IMG/VR virus record: IMGVR_UViG_3300020214_000007 | Span: 1 to 64,000 of that record | Length of the DNA: 64,000 nucleotides | Reading direction: 5' to 3' (one strand) | Source of the DNA: a virus | Part shown: piece by piece, positions 10,001 through 19,321 of the stretch | How positions within the stretch are numbered: position 1 is the first letter of the stretch | How the letters are laid out: the number at the start of each line of letters is the position of its first letter | Program-made: the position numbers and the translations under genes | Notes under the pieces: generated by a model | The model's database searches: none | Seen by the model: the letters and a program-made list of their open reading frames with translations, nothing else | What the model was told of the DNA's origin: nothing

Positions 10001-10366
10001 TCCAAGAAAGATTTAGAGGACATTTTAATAATATTATGATAACCAACATTATTTTTTGCCAGTATTGTTATATGATACGGACCCCTTTGTTCCCACTCGT
10101 TTTTAGATGGACCAGACCTCTCCTCTTCATCCTTATCAAATCTGGTTTTTCTAGCTTGATAAAATTCACTTCCGAAGAATCGGTTTAATACCAACAGCGG
10201 TGGCGGTATCGTAAAAGTCAGGCCATGAATGTATATTGCCATGATCCGTTGTAGCTAGACCCGACATACCAAGCGACTTAGCTCTATCTAAATATTTTCC
10301 TATATCACCGTGTCCATCTAGCATAGAAAAAACTGTATGATTGTGTAAATTAGTCCAATTTTTCAC
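7039..10366 (-). CDS. dnaE: DNA polymerase III alpha subunit, 1108 aa, one CGGN site
   Basis: PHP motifs HNHTVFSMLDG and TTDHGN, then KPIL-G-SEFY via CGGA at 10171..10174. Also GRGSAAGS, MPDIDLDF, KIDFLGL, YGFNRAHA and a C-terminal OB fold. Confidence 0.97.
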
Positions 10367-10560
10367 TGAATTCCTCTTTGTCTTTTAATATCATCTAACA
10401 CTTTTTGTTTATCTTTTCTGTAACAGACAATTACAACCCCCGCACAATACCTACACACTGAAGGTTTTCCGGCTTGGGCAAACGGACTGGCATACATCGA
10501 CCTATCAGACTGCTCAGTACCGCAGTCAGAACAAAGACCAATTACATCATCGTCTGACAT
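10363..10560 (-). CDS. small zinc-ribbon protein
   Basis: CSDC...CRYC; overlaps the dnaE start (GTGA). Confidence 0.65.
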   Translation of the reverse strand: MSDDDVIGLCSDCGTEQSDRSMYASPFAQAGKPSVCRYCAGVVIVCYRKDKQKVLDDIKRQRGIQ

Positions 10561-11749
10561 TTGTATCCCTTATAGTTTTGTAGGCAAATCGAACCGGAGA
10601 AGGTGAAGACTGCTCGTTTGTTTCAAAAAGTTTATCACCTATTCTAACCCACTTATTCTTTTTTTCCAAAGCACAATTTCCACACCCAACCCCTACGGCG
10701 TTGGCTCTGTCACACGTATACGGCCTGCCGCCAATACCCAACTCTCTTCTTCTAATCCAGTCATTAATGTGTCCGGTAGATTTTTCAAAATTATAATCAT
10801 CACAATTACTAAGTATTTCATGCAAATATTTAATAGAATCTATATTATAAGTTAATATAGAACACAAAAACAACCTTGCCTCATGTTCTAATCCTTTATT
10901 ATTTATAGCTTGTTCATGCAACCTCTTTATTGCGGGACAATTTTTCCATAAATTTTCTTTTTCAAATGACTTTTGTTTTTCGCTAAAAGCTTTTAACTTA
11001 CTTGAACCATACTTATTAAATGATTCTAGAAAGTCTTTTGGTTTTGTTTTTTCTTCTTCCATCTGATATGTGAATTGCCTATACCACTCATTGGCAGATA
11101 GCGAAAAATGTTGCTCCTCAACAGTATTCTTTCTTTGAATAGAACAATAAGAAATTATAGAATCTATATTTGAATTTAAAATCTCTTTAGGAATAATGTT
11201 TTTATATAAACCAGTAGACTGATGCTTAGATCCGGGTAAACGCCACATTCTCCTCATGTCATAAACCGCAAAGTCTAAAGATTCTATTAAGTATTTTTCT
11301 TTTATTTTTGTTGCAATGTACCTAAATATTTTGGGAAGTTCATTTGTTGGATTAATTCCTAAAGCCACAGCCTCACATTCAATATGAAAACCTTTTTTAC
11401 CAGTAAAATATACAACAACAGATTGCTCGGGAATAAATTTTATTAAATAATTATGCAGAAATATAACTTCTTTATGACATTTATTTATATCTTCGTTATC
11501 TAAATCGAAATAAAGCGAACCCAATCTACTGCATTTATCTATCTCTTTTGAGTTGTAATGCCAAACGGAGGTATATAAACCGATATTATTGTGCAGTTTT
11601 CTATACTCATCAATATTATTCATATCATAAAATACTGGATTATCACCCACCTTGTCTCTTATAACCCTGTCAAGAGACGGCACATATCTGGCTACCTCTA
11701 CATATTTCCATTGATTAAGAAACTTTGTTTCATCATTTGAAAGTTTCAT
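10547..11749 (-). CDS. archaeo-eukaryotic primase (AEP) fused to a PriL-like Fe-S domain
   Basis: YFDLD, FTGKKGFHI and RMWRLPGS catalytic motifs; C-terminal CPAI...HEARL...PYTC...GCGNC. Confidence 0.85.
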   Translation of the reverse strand: MKLSNDETKFLNQWKYVEVARYVPSLDRVIRDKVGDNPVFYDMNNIDEYRKLHNNIGLYTSVWHYNSKEIDKCSRLGSLYFDLDNEDINKCHKEVIFLHNYLIKFIPEQSVVVYFTGKKGFHIECEAVALGINPTNELPKIFRYIATKIKEKYLIESLDFAVYDMRRMWRLPGSKHQSTGLYKNIIPKEILNSNIDSIISYCSIQRKNTVEEQHFSLSANEWYRQFTYQMEEEKTKPKDFLESFNKYGSSKLKAFSEKQKSFEKENLWKNCPAIKRLHEQAINNKGLEHEARLFLCSILTYNIDSIKYLHEILSNCDDYNFEKSTGHINDWIRRRELGIGGRPYTCDRANAVGVGCGNCALEKKNKWVRIGDKLFETNEQSSPSPVRFAYKTIRDTNVRR

Positions 11750-11919
11750 TTAATAGAAACCTTCCCAATCTTTTCGTTGTAATTCCATACAGTATATTTA
11801 CGGGCAGGATTCATTTCTCCACTGTAAGATCTATAATAAACTGATTCATTAATATATAGTTCTAATGAGCTTAGTAACAGTAATCGCTTTTGCAGAACGT
11901 TATTTTGATTTCTTGTCAT
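11746..11919 (-). CDS. hypothetical protein
   Basis: ORF track; start reassigned to MTRNQ; overlaps both neighbours. Confidence 0.55.
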   Translation of the reverse strand: MTRNQNNVLQKRLLLLSSLELYINESVYYRSYSGEMNPARKYTVWNYNEKIGKVSIK

Positions 11920-12586
11920 CTGGTTTCCACCTATGCTCAATTATAGTTTCGCCATCAACTATCATGTGAAGTTTTGAAGATATATTATCCGCAAGATGAA
12001 CTATCATTTCCAGATGAGTTCCCGGTATTGTCTCTGGAATGGGAGACCATGGACCAAGATGACATCTAATAAGCCTCATTATATCTTGAACCGTTTTACC
12101 ATCAATGTACAGGGTTGTAGAAGAAGCTTCTGAAGAATATTTTTTATCCTCTTCAATACACCACGAAACAAATTTTTCTACAGTATATGGATGAAAAGGA
12201 TCATAAACATGCGAATTGCTTTCCCCCCCCTTTATACCCTTGGTTATGTCGTGCAATAGCAGTGCGGCATAAACCAAATCACTATCTTCTATTTCTAAAC
12301 TATACGATGCGCATAGTATTTTTGCAGCTCGAACCGCCCTTTGAGTGTGAAGAACATTCCCACCCTGACCATGTTCATCAATGGGATGATATTTTTTAGA
12401 AAAACTAGAAGGAATAATCCAAAAATCTTCACATTTTAAAAGAACAGATCTAACAAAATTTTTTATATGAACTGATGAAATTAAATTGATCTCCCCTAAA
12501 AGGGGGGAGAGAATTTTATCCTCTTCTTTATTTTCTTTTAAAAAAATATCTTCATCCAAAAGTTTATCTAGTATAGATTTTTTCAT
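11900..12586 (-). CDS. HD-domain phosphohydrolase
   Basis: KYHP...GGNVLHT, ALLLHDITK, HP, IRCHLGPW and VHLAD motifs. Confidence 0.85.
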   Translation of the reverse strand: MKKSILDKLLDEDIFLKENKEEDKILSPLLGEINLISSVHIKNFVRSVLLKCEDFWIIPSSFSKKYHPIDEHGQGGNVLHTQRAVRAAKILCASYSLEIEDSDLVYAALLLHDITKGIKGGESNSHVYDPFHPYTVEKFVSWCIEEDKKYSSEASSTTLYIDGKTVQDIMRLIRCHLGPWSPIPETIPGTHLEMIVHLADNISSKLHMIVDGETIIEHRWKPDDKKSK

Positions 12587-12771
12587 TTTTTATCTCCATC
12601 AAAACCAAAATCATATTTGTTAATTAAGGTTTCATACTCTTTGTCTATAAGATAGTAAATAAATTTAGCTGGATCAAAAAATCCCGTTAAATTACTCATA
12701 TAGTTTATTTTATCAGTTAATTCATTTGTAAATAAAATTCCAAGTCTTCCTTTTTCACGCCTTTTTGACAT
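12583..12771 (-). CDS. small hypothetical protein, possibly ribbon-helix-helix-like
   Basis: Start reassigned to MSKRREK; ATGA overlap with the downstream gene. Confidence 0.55.
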   Translation of the reverse strand: MSKRREKGRLGILFTNELTDKINYMSNLTGFFDPAKFIYYLIDKEYETLINKYDFGFDGDKK

Positions 12772-13546
12772 TTTTCCACCCCTTCCACTTTGAGCACGGC
12801 TTATCAAATGGGCACTTTTTACAGTACCAAGTAAGACCTCTTCTTGGGACAAAAGACTGTTCATCAACTATTTCCTCTGCCCAAAATTCTAGTGCCATAA
12901 GGTCCTCCTCTTGTATATCAAATTCTTGAAAAGATATTTTTGGTTGAACAAAGTCAATATAACCAAATTTTGTTTGTTGAATCCTGGTAGGATTTTTAAA
13001 TAAGTATGCGTGTTTCATTGCGGCAAAGTCTACCTCATACATGTTTTGATGACTGTCTTTATAATTAAATAAAAATTTAATTACGTAACATTTTTTGTTC
13101 TTAATCAAAATAACATCAAAAATATATTTTATCTTAACCCTTTTCCCAAGAGGAACTACGCATTCTTCATTAATTGATATTGGTATATAGTCTTGATGAC
13201 TAAAATTTTTATGAAAAGAAAGAAGTAAGGCGGCTGCCCTAGTCGTTAAGCTGGCATTGTTTCCGTACGCACTTTCGTGTTTTTCGGTAATAATATCGTA
13301 ATCAGAAATATCACTAGCAAACCATAATTTCTCCCATCTATTTAATAAAGACGCATATGAAGGAGCATATCCTCCCTGTTTTTTATAAAAAAAATAATAA
13401 ATAATTTCCTTTATGGTGTTTTCAAATCTTTCGGAAATAAAATCCCTAGCGTGAATTTTTTCTGATAAATTATCCTCGTGTCTATATTTGTACAATAAGG
13501 CGCATGTTTGATAATCTTTAATAGATTGTATATTAATTAATTTCAT
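12755..13546 (-). CDS. PD-(D/E)XK superfamily protein, catalytic motifs degenerate
   Basis: SIKDYQTCALLYKY N-terminus and CKKCPFDKPC C-terminus are retained; the core reads FDVILI...VIKF instead of D...DYK. Confidence 0.7.
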   Translation of the reverse strand: MKLINIQSIKDYQTCALLYKYRHEDNLSEKIHARDFISERFENTIKEIIYYFFYKKQGGYAPSYASLLNRWEKLWFASDISDYDIITEKHESAYGNNASLTTRAAALLLSFHKNFSHQDYIPISINEECVVPLGKRVKIKYIFDVILIKNKKCYVIKFLFNYKDSHQNMYEVDFAAMKHAYLFKNPTRIQQTKFGYIDFVQPKISFQEFDIQEEDLMALEFWAEEIVDEQSFVPRRGLTWYCKKCPFDKPCSKWKGWKNVKKA

Positions 13547-15006
13547 TATGAAAAATCTCCATTATTTAGTAGGTCATCTAGTATCGATGAAGCATCGTAA
13601 GATGCTGAGGTGACCATTTCATATTCTTCATATGTCTTTTTGGAATCCACATATTTTACAAGTGGTGGCTCATAGGAAAAAGTAGAACCCGTTATTCTAT
13701 TCTTGGGTATTTGAAGCTGCATAATATTTTCATCTTCAGAATCATCTCCACTAATAAGTTTTTTCTCCGTAATGAATATAGTCACTGCACACTTCTGCTG
13801 AATAGCCAAAGACCCACCAGTATCCGACTGCATAACGACCTCTCTTCTTTCTTTCATTCTATTAGCATTTTCTTGAGCCGTAATTATAAGCACGCAGTTC
13901 ATGTCTCTTGCGAGCTTTTCTAGGCGAACCATCATCTCCTCAAACTCACCCCATCTAGCTCTTCCCCTTGATCTAGTAAACATAGACTGTATGGTATCTA
14001 TCACAATAACATCTGGAATATCTTCATTTTGCAGGAGAATTTCTCTTAACCATTTTTCAAGATCTTCAAAATACGGAGTATCCGGGTCATGCTTGACCAT
14101 AAGACGGTCACCCCACTGCAAAAGTTTGCTCATAAATAAAGACATATATTTTTTCTTATCGTCCTCATTCCAGTTATTAACCTCTGCGTAAACGTTTCTG
14201 CCTATTACTTGTGTCATTAATATTTTTTCCCAATGACTTCTAGCCTCTTCAAAATTAATATATAAAGTTTTGTAGCCATTGTCTAGCCAATTATTTACAA
14301 GACATTTGGCAAATGTGCTCTTACCCTTGCCTGAAGCCGCAATAATTGCATGCACGGACCCCCTATAAAAGCCTCCATCATTTGTATATCCCATGGCCCT
14401 ATTGAGAGATTTATATTGTGTTGGTAAAAAATCTGGAGTATCCAATAAAGAATCTATTTTTTCTATAATTTCCTTAGCCGTTACCACACCATCATAGGGA
14501 TTATAGTTGATTTGGTTTTCTAAAGTTGTTATCTCTATAGCCAAAGATGTCATCTTAGACAAATCTTCTTCAGACTTAAGTCCTTTTTGACTTAAAATAA
14601 ACTCCAACTCTTTTAGCAGGTTTTTTTGTTTAATTTTATTATGCTTATGTTTTATAACTTTCGTGACTGCTTCTGGCGTAGAAAGTTCCATTTTATTTAA
14701 AACGCCCATTATTAACTCTACGCCGGGCTGACCGTTTAACGCCTCATACAAATCGCTTTCTGTCTGCATCCAGATTTGAAATGCAACTGGATCAACTATA
14801 TCTAGCTCAGTAAATGTGGAATAGGCAATTAGAGATTTATAAAACTCATTTATTCCATTTTGACCCCCCAATAGGCCAACCATATCTGTCTGCAAATTGT
14901 TTTTAAAGAAAGATATTGCTCCCGGCTGTCTAAAAGACAACGCAAATATCTGGTATTCAATTGGATACAAATCGTTAGAAGCTTGTATCAGTGAACTATC
15001 TGTCAT
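13546..15006 (-). CDS. dnaB: DnaB-like replicative helicase
   Basis: Walker A AASGKGKST, YINFEE, VIVIDTIQ, ITAQENA and QIPKNR. Confidence 0.85.
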   Translation of the reverse strand: MTDSSLIQASNDLYPIEYQIFALSFRQPGAISFFKNNLQTDMVGLLGGQNGINEFYKSLIAYSTFTELDIVDPVAFQIWMQTESDLYEALNGQPGVELIMGVLNKMELSTPEAVTKVIKHKHNKIKQKNLLKELEFILSQKGLKSEEDLSKMTSLAIEITTLENQINYNPYDGVVTAKEIIEKIDSLLDTPDFLPTQYKSLNRAMGYTNDGGFYRGSVHAIIAASGKGKSTFAKCLVNNWLDNGYKTLYINFEEARSHWEKILMTQVIGRNVYAEVNNWNEDDKKKYMSLFMSKLLQWGDRLMVKHDPDTPYFEDLEKWLREILLQNEDIPDVIVIDTIQSMFTRSRGRARWGEFEEMMVRLEKLARDMNCVLIITAQENANRMKERREVVMQSDTGGSLAIQQKCAVTIFITEKKLISGDDSEDENIMQLQIPKNRITGSTFSYEPPLVKYVDSKKTYEEYEMVTSASYDASSILDDLLNNGDFS

Positions 15007-15646
15007 GATACTTCTTTTTGTTTTTCATTTTTTGATACATTTCCTTTTTTCTTTTATTATATTTTTTTTTCTGTTCTTGATAGTATTTATTATTTTTTAT
15101 ACTTCTCTTTTTTGACTTCTGCCCCACTTCGGGTTTTGCGTTGCGTATCGCCTGCATTATTCTATCATATACCGCTTCTTCTGTAAGCAGATCGTTATAT
15201 CTAAAAACAATAAAAACTATTCCGAGTTCTTCACATTTTTCCGCTTTCTTTTTGTCTCTTTCAACAGCCTGATCAAAGTCATATTTTGATTCGTAGAATC
15301 TTTGCGTATAATAAAAGTGCTGTCTTCCATGAAATTCCGCTGCAATTTTATATGCAGGACAATACACATCGAGCTTCAATCTGTCGCCAATGTGATATTC
15401 GTTAATGATTTTCTGCCCAGGCAAAAGTTTCTTCACCACATGCGTTAGGGCAGATTGACCTCTGGATGATTTTTTCTTTTGTTCTTTTATCCAATTAAGA
15501 CCAAGGGAAGATATTTTTTTATTTAAACTATTATAAGATAAATTAATTTCTTTTGCTATTTCTGATAAAGTTAAATTTGAATCAAATAATAAATCTATAA
15601 GAAAAAGATCATCTTCTTTATCAGTTTTTATATGCCTTTTTATCAT
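14996..15646 (-). CDS. HTH plus Vsr/DUF559-like endonuclease
   Basis: N-terminal TLSEIAKEINLS HTH; LDVYCP...AEFHGRQH...RDKKK...GIVFIVFRY. Confidence 0.75.
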   Translation of the reverse strand: MIKRHIKTDKEDDLFLIDLLFDSNLTLSEIAKEINLSYNSLNKKISSLGLNWIKEQKKKSSRGQSALTHVVKKLLPGQKIINEYHIGDRLKLDVYCPAYKIAAEFHGRQHFYYTQRFYESKYDFDQAVERDKKKAEKCEELGIVFIVFRYNDLLTEEAVYDRIMQAIRNAKPEVGQKSKKRSIKNNKYYQEQKKKYNKRKKEMYQKMKNKKKYHDR

Positions 15647-16316
15647 TAAGTTTTGTCCTATCTAAAGACTTAATTCTTGAAAAACTTACTATTTTTCCCA
15701 AATCAAGAATAGACAAATCAAATCTATCCCAAATTTTATGAGCCAAACCAGCCGAAAGAATCGGACAGTCTAATATAACTGTGTCGCTTTTATCTTTAAT
15801 CTTATCTAAAGAATCGCATATTTCATCAAGCTTATCGTAATAATTATTGTACGGCGCATATATGTAGGCTACTGGAAAACCCAATAATTTAGCTATATAC
15901 TTCTTATCGTTGAATGAAACAATACTAAATGAAGTATTTTTAATATAAAACTCAACAAATGAATTAAATATAAACTCGTTGGAATGATAATAGTTTTCTA
16001 ATGTAAATGAATTAAAATAAATAGAATCATCTTTGAAGATTGACAAATCTAATTCACTGTCTTTCTCCGCCGAATAAACAAATGAAGAAGGAACCGCCTT
16101 CATATAGGCTGGGTCTTTTATTGAAAAAGACCTATTAATCTCCTGTATAAAATCTGAAGGTATAGATTTTCCATCCGGCGAACTCATAGCCAACAACGCT
16201 GTCTTGGGAAAGGACACGTAAGCGTATTTGCTTCTGCCTAGCATTTTTTTTGTAAGAGTTTGAATGGTTTGTATTTGACTTGCTATTTTAATTTTATTTT
16301 TCATATTATACTCCAA
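15621..16316 (-). CDS. possible GT-D fold (DUF1792-like) glycosyltransferase homolog
   Basis: C-terminal pattern IYAPYNNYYDKLDEI...VILDCPILSAGLAHKIW...ILDLGKI resembles GT-D; adjacent to GT2 genes. Confidence 0.45.
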   Translation of the reverse strand: MEYNMKNKIKIASQIQTIQTLTKKMLGRSKYAYVSFPKTALLAMSSPDGKSIPSDFIQEINRSFSIKDPAYMKAVPSSFVYSAEKDSELDLSIFKDDSIYFNSFTLENYYHSNEFIFNSFVEFYIKNTSFSIVSFNDKKYIAKLLGFPVAYIYAPYNNYYDKLDEICDSLDKIKDKSDTVILDCPILSAGLAHKIWDRFDLSILDLGKIVSFSRIKSLDRTKLNDKKAYKN

Positions 16317-17016
16317 AATTTCCCCAATTAATTAGTGTTGGATTTTGATCCATTATTGATTGTATATGTTTTATATTGTGAAATTCACCCTTATCTATTG
16401 TTAAATACCTTTTATATTTTAATATTTTGTCTTCATCTCTTTGATATCCTAAGTGTTTCATTATTAAACCAGAATTTAACCAATAATTTCGTTCTCTTAC
16501 CCAATCCGCAACATATGATGGTTCTGAACCACAGGCAAGTCGTTTATTTAAAAAACCACCATTTTGTTTAAATCTAAAAATTCTTAAACTATTATTTGGA
16601 GCCCATAATTTATCTTGCCTATACTGTTTTTCATTCCACATATGATAAAATTTAACATTTACAACATCGTATTCAGAATTATCTAAAATACTTTTAATAT
16701 TTAAGCTAGAAAGATCGTCTTTTATATACAGCATTTCGTCGCAATCAATGGCGATAATCCAGTCGCCGACTTTTGCGTGTTCACAAAGATTACCCCAGGC
16801 AAAAGCGCGTAGCTGCCCTTCATGTTTTGCAAAAAGCGGTTCTGGGGTTTGATAGGTTATACAGTACTGGCTCGCCAAAAATGGAGTATTATCCTCAGAA
16901 CAATCATCAGTAAAAATAATATTATCAACCTGAGAAGATAATCTTCTTAAGACTTCCTCTAAAAATCTACCCTGTTCATCTCTGCCAACTACTTGGGCAT
17001 AAATTTTCGTATTCAT
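16306..17016 (-). CDS. family 2 glycosyltransferase
   Basis: GRDEQ, FTDDCSEDNT, WIIAIDCDE and KHLGY motifs. Confidence 0.85.
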   Translation of the reverse strand: MNTKIYAQVVGRDEQGRFLEEVLRRLSSQVDNIIFTDDCSEDNTPFLASQYCITYQTPEPLFAKHEGQLRAFAWGNLCEHAKVGDWIIAIDCDEMLYIKDDLSSLNIKSILDNSEYDVVNVKFYHMWNEKQYRQDKLWAPNNSLRIFRFKQNGGFLNKRLACGSEPSYVADWVRERNYWLNSGLIMKHLGYQRDEDKILKYKRYLTIDKGEFHNIKHIQSIMDQNPTLINWGNFGV

Positions 17017-17029
17017 AAAATTTCCCTAA

Positions 17030-17073
17030 ATAAAGAAGGAGAGAGCGCTGATCACACCAACAGCGCTCTCCCC
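17030..17073 (-). terminator. Rho-independent terminator
   Basis: GGGAGAGCGCTG-loop-CAGCGCTCTCTCC followed by TTCTTTATTT on the minus strand. Confidence 0.75.
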
Positions 17074-17087
17074 CTAGTGGTTAACTA

Positions 17088-17270
17088 CTAGATTTCCAGC
17101 ATCTCCCTAACATCTACCGCAGAGATTCTCTCTACGTCTATGTTCGTGGAAAGAATTTCACCCTTAACGTTTTTGCGTCCAAGGGCGACCTTCTCTGCTT
17201 CTGACTTATTCTTTGCTTTAACAAGGAATGAAGTCGTAACCTCGAAGTAATTGAATTTATTTTCTGCCAT
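17088..17270 (-). CDS. small hypothetical protein, 60 aa, stand-alone transcription unit
   Basis: AAGGA RBS; has its own promoter and terminator. Confidence 0.8.
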   Translation of the reverse strand: MAENKFNYFEVTTSFLVKAKNKSEAEKVALGRKNVKGEILSTNIDVERISAVDVREMLEI

Positions 17271-17311
17271 ATTTTTTCCTTTATGATTGGAGTGGTTAAT
17301 TACAAATAGAT

Positions 17312-17340
17312 ATTATACTCATTCAATCGGGAAAAATCAA
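17312..17340 (-). promoter_or_regulatory. sigma70-type promoter TTGATT-N17-TATAAT
   Basis: Near-consensus hexamers with a 17 nt spacer, upstream of 17270. Confidence 0.7.
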
Positions 17341-17387
17341 CTTAAACCAACAATTTTTCAACAAAAAATCTAAAAAATCACCCTATA

Positions 17388-17780
17388 TTATTTAAATTCT
17401 GACCAGGTTTTATCTCCAACACCATAGTATTCTCTAGCCAGACCCGCAGAAACAATATCTGTATTTAGGCAGTTACCATCTTCATCCCAAACCTTAGCTA
17501 AAACTCTACCGTATTTTTCATTTTTATCTAGAATAGTCTCTATCTTAACCTTGTGTTTTGCTCGAATCAACCATCGATCAGTAAACTCTTTTGCGGCCAA
17601 ACCTTTTTGTTTTTCAGCCACATCTTTTGTGCGACTCTCTGGAGTATTTACCCCATAAAGACGGACCCTGCCTTTTCTAAGGATATCAAAACCAAGATCA
17701 ATAACGATATCAAATGTATCGCCATCAACCACCTTCTTAACTTCTGCATTATATATCCATGGATTTAATTTATCTGACAT
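17388..17780 (-). CDS. thermonuclease (staphylococcal nuclease-like)
   Basis: VVDGDT, RVRLYGVNTPE, EKYGRVLA and LNTDIVSAGLA. Confidence 0.92.
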   Translation of the reverse strand: MSDKLNPWIYNAEVKKVVDGDTFDIVIDLGFDILRKGRVRLYGVNTPESRTKDVAEKQKGLAAKEFTDRWLIRAKHKVKIETILDKNEKYGRVLAKVWDEDGNCLNTDIVSAGLAREYYGVGDKTWSEFK

Positions 17781-17781
17781 A

Positions 17782-18585
17782 TTAATCTCTTTCTATTCCT
17801 AGTTGATCGCATGCACTGCGAAATATTGATTGACTGACTTTAAACTGCGCATCAGCTTGGCTATAACCCTCTCCCGGCTTAGGAGAAGAGGCATGCCAAC
17901 TATGACCAATAGACACAGAACCATCATACACTACATTATAGCCTAAATGTCTAGCAAAATATGAACACCAGGTTTCCTCGTAGTAATGAGGCGTAGGCAG
18001 AAAAGCTCCCACGGCGTTGGGTACCAACTGTCTGTACTGCTGATTGTAGGTAAGAGTGTTCCAAACATATCTTCTAATAAAATACGCCGATCCAGAAACG
18101 GTAATGCACTTTATTCTATCCCTATAAAGACGGTCGCTTATATCGGGCTCCATCCACCCCCTGTGCTTTGGGGCGGTGTTGCTTCCAATAATTCCGGCAT
18201 GCCTTATAAGACCATATTCATCCCTTTGTTTGGGCCCCAATATGTGTATTGTTTGATCGCTGTCAAAAATGTTTTTTATATTATGTACATCATTATTGGT
18301 TAGCCAAACGTCTGCATTTAAAAACCCAATAATTTCACTAAACCCTTTTGCGGCCAATTGATTGCAGGCGGCGGAATAACCTATATTATTATTTAAACAG
18401 AGTCCATCTATTTGATATTGAGAACTTTTGTCTTTTAGCCACCCAATTGTGTTATCGGTTGAACCATTGTCTGCTAAATAAAGCTTCCAAAATTTATTGG
18501 CTATCGAAAGGCCTTTGTGCAAATGATCGAAGAGGCGTTCGAGCATTGAACTGGTATTGTGATTTACAACGCAGAGGTCAATCAT
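17782..18585 (-). CDS. family 2 glycosyltransferase (rhamnosyltransferase-like)
   Basis: ADNGSTD, NIGYSAACN, FLNADV, VSGSAYFIRR and YYEET. Confidence 0.88.
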   Translation of the reverse strand: MIDLCVVNHNTSSMLERLFDHLHKGLSIANKFWKLYLADNGSTDNTIGWLKDKSSQYQIDGLCLNNNIGYSAACNQLAAKGFSEIIGFLNADVWLTNNDVHNIKNIFDSDQTIHILGPKQRDEYGLIRHAGIIGSNTAPKHRGWMEPDISDRLYRDRIKCITVSGSAYFIRRYVWNTLTYNQQYRQLVPNAVGAFLPTPHYYEETWCSYFARHLGYNVVYDGSVSIGHSWHASSPKPGEGYSQADAQFKVSQSIFRSACDQLGIERD

Positions 18586-18850
18586 TTTTTCTAAATTTAT
18601 TTTCTATCACACTTTTAAATGCATTATCTGCGCTCATGCCAAAATCTAAATATTTTTGATATTTGTTATAAGCATCTTGAACATTTTTAACATCGTAGTG
18701 TTCTATAAAGGAATTATACGGTTTATAATTTTGTACATTGGAGAAATAATCAAATTGCGGGAAGGGGTTTCTGTTTCTTTTCCAAAAAACATAAAAAAAA
18801 ATAGAAACCAGTGCGGCGGCCGCCAAGTACTTAATTCCAGTAGTTTTCAT
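18578..18850 (-). CDS. small protein with an N-terminal membrane anchor
   Basis: GGAGG RBS before MKTTGIKYLAAAALVSIFFYVFW. Confidence 0.65.
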   Translation of the reverse strand: MKTTGIKYLAAAALVSIFFYVFWKRNRNPFPQFDYFSNVQNYKPYNSFIEHYDVKNVQDAYNKYQKYLDFGMSADNAFKSVIENKFRKND

Positions 18851-19073
18851 CGGGATCATCCTCCGGTGTAATGTGCACATTTTTTATTGCAGAACCAATA
18901 GCAGATAACACCCTAGTGCATAGTACCCTGTCTTCTTGCGACACATGGCCGCAAAGTAACGAAGCGTATGTTTTTTGAATATGCATAAAGATCTCTAGGT
19001 CTTCTATCATATAAGATTGACCGGACTCAAGTTTTATTCCTTGTTTCTTTTTTTTATTTGTTTTCTTACTCAT
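18831..19073 (-). CDS. hypothetical protein
   Basis: ORF track; overlaps neighbours. Confidence 0.65.
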   Translation of the reverse strand: MSKKTNKKKKQGIKLESGQSYMIEDLEIFMHIQKTYASLLCGHVSQEDRVLCTRVLSAIGSAIKNVHITPEDDPDENYWN

Positions 19074-19317
19074 TTTTTTGTACTTTCTTTTTATTCTTTT
19101 TTATTTCCGTTTCTTCTTCGAAGATATCGTCTTTGGATACAAGATAGACGCAAAGATTATCCGTATCTGGTTCAAAAGACGCAAACAAAATTCTTTTATC
19201 ATCTTCCGTATATCCATCTGGCGGAGGAGATTCTATAGCTATCTTTTTGGAAGAACAACCATAGACTTGACTATGATTTTTATATACGACAATATAATTT
19301 AATTTTGAGGCCGGCAT
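19066..19317 (-). CDS. hypothetical protein
   Basis: ORF track. Confidence 0.65.
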   Translation of the reverse strand: MPASKLNYIVVYKNHSQVYGCSSKKIAIESPPPDGYTEDDKRILFASFEPDTDNLCVYLVSKDDIFEEETEIKKNKKKVQKNE

Positions 19318-19321
19318 AATG

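Noticed and set aside
7039-10366. Split intein or intron in dnaE or nrdJ
   Set aside because: No intein motifs or intervening sequence; the pieces join with a single extra base.
18860-18880. In-frame CGG in the track's N-terminal extensions of ORFs 18578..18880 and 30196..32901
   Set aside because: Both lie upstream of the more plausible starts (18850 with a GGAGG RBS; 32844), inside the preceding gene in another frame. They are not counter-examples.
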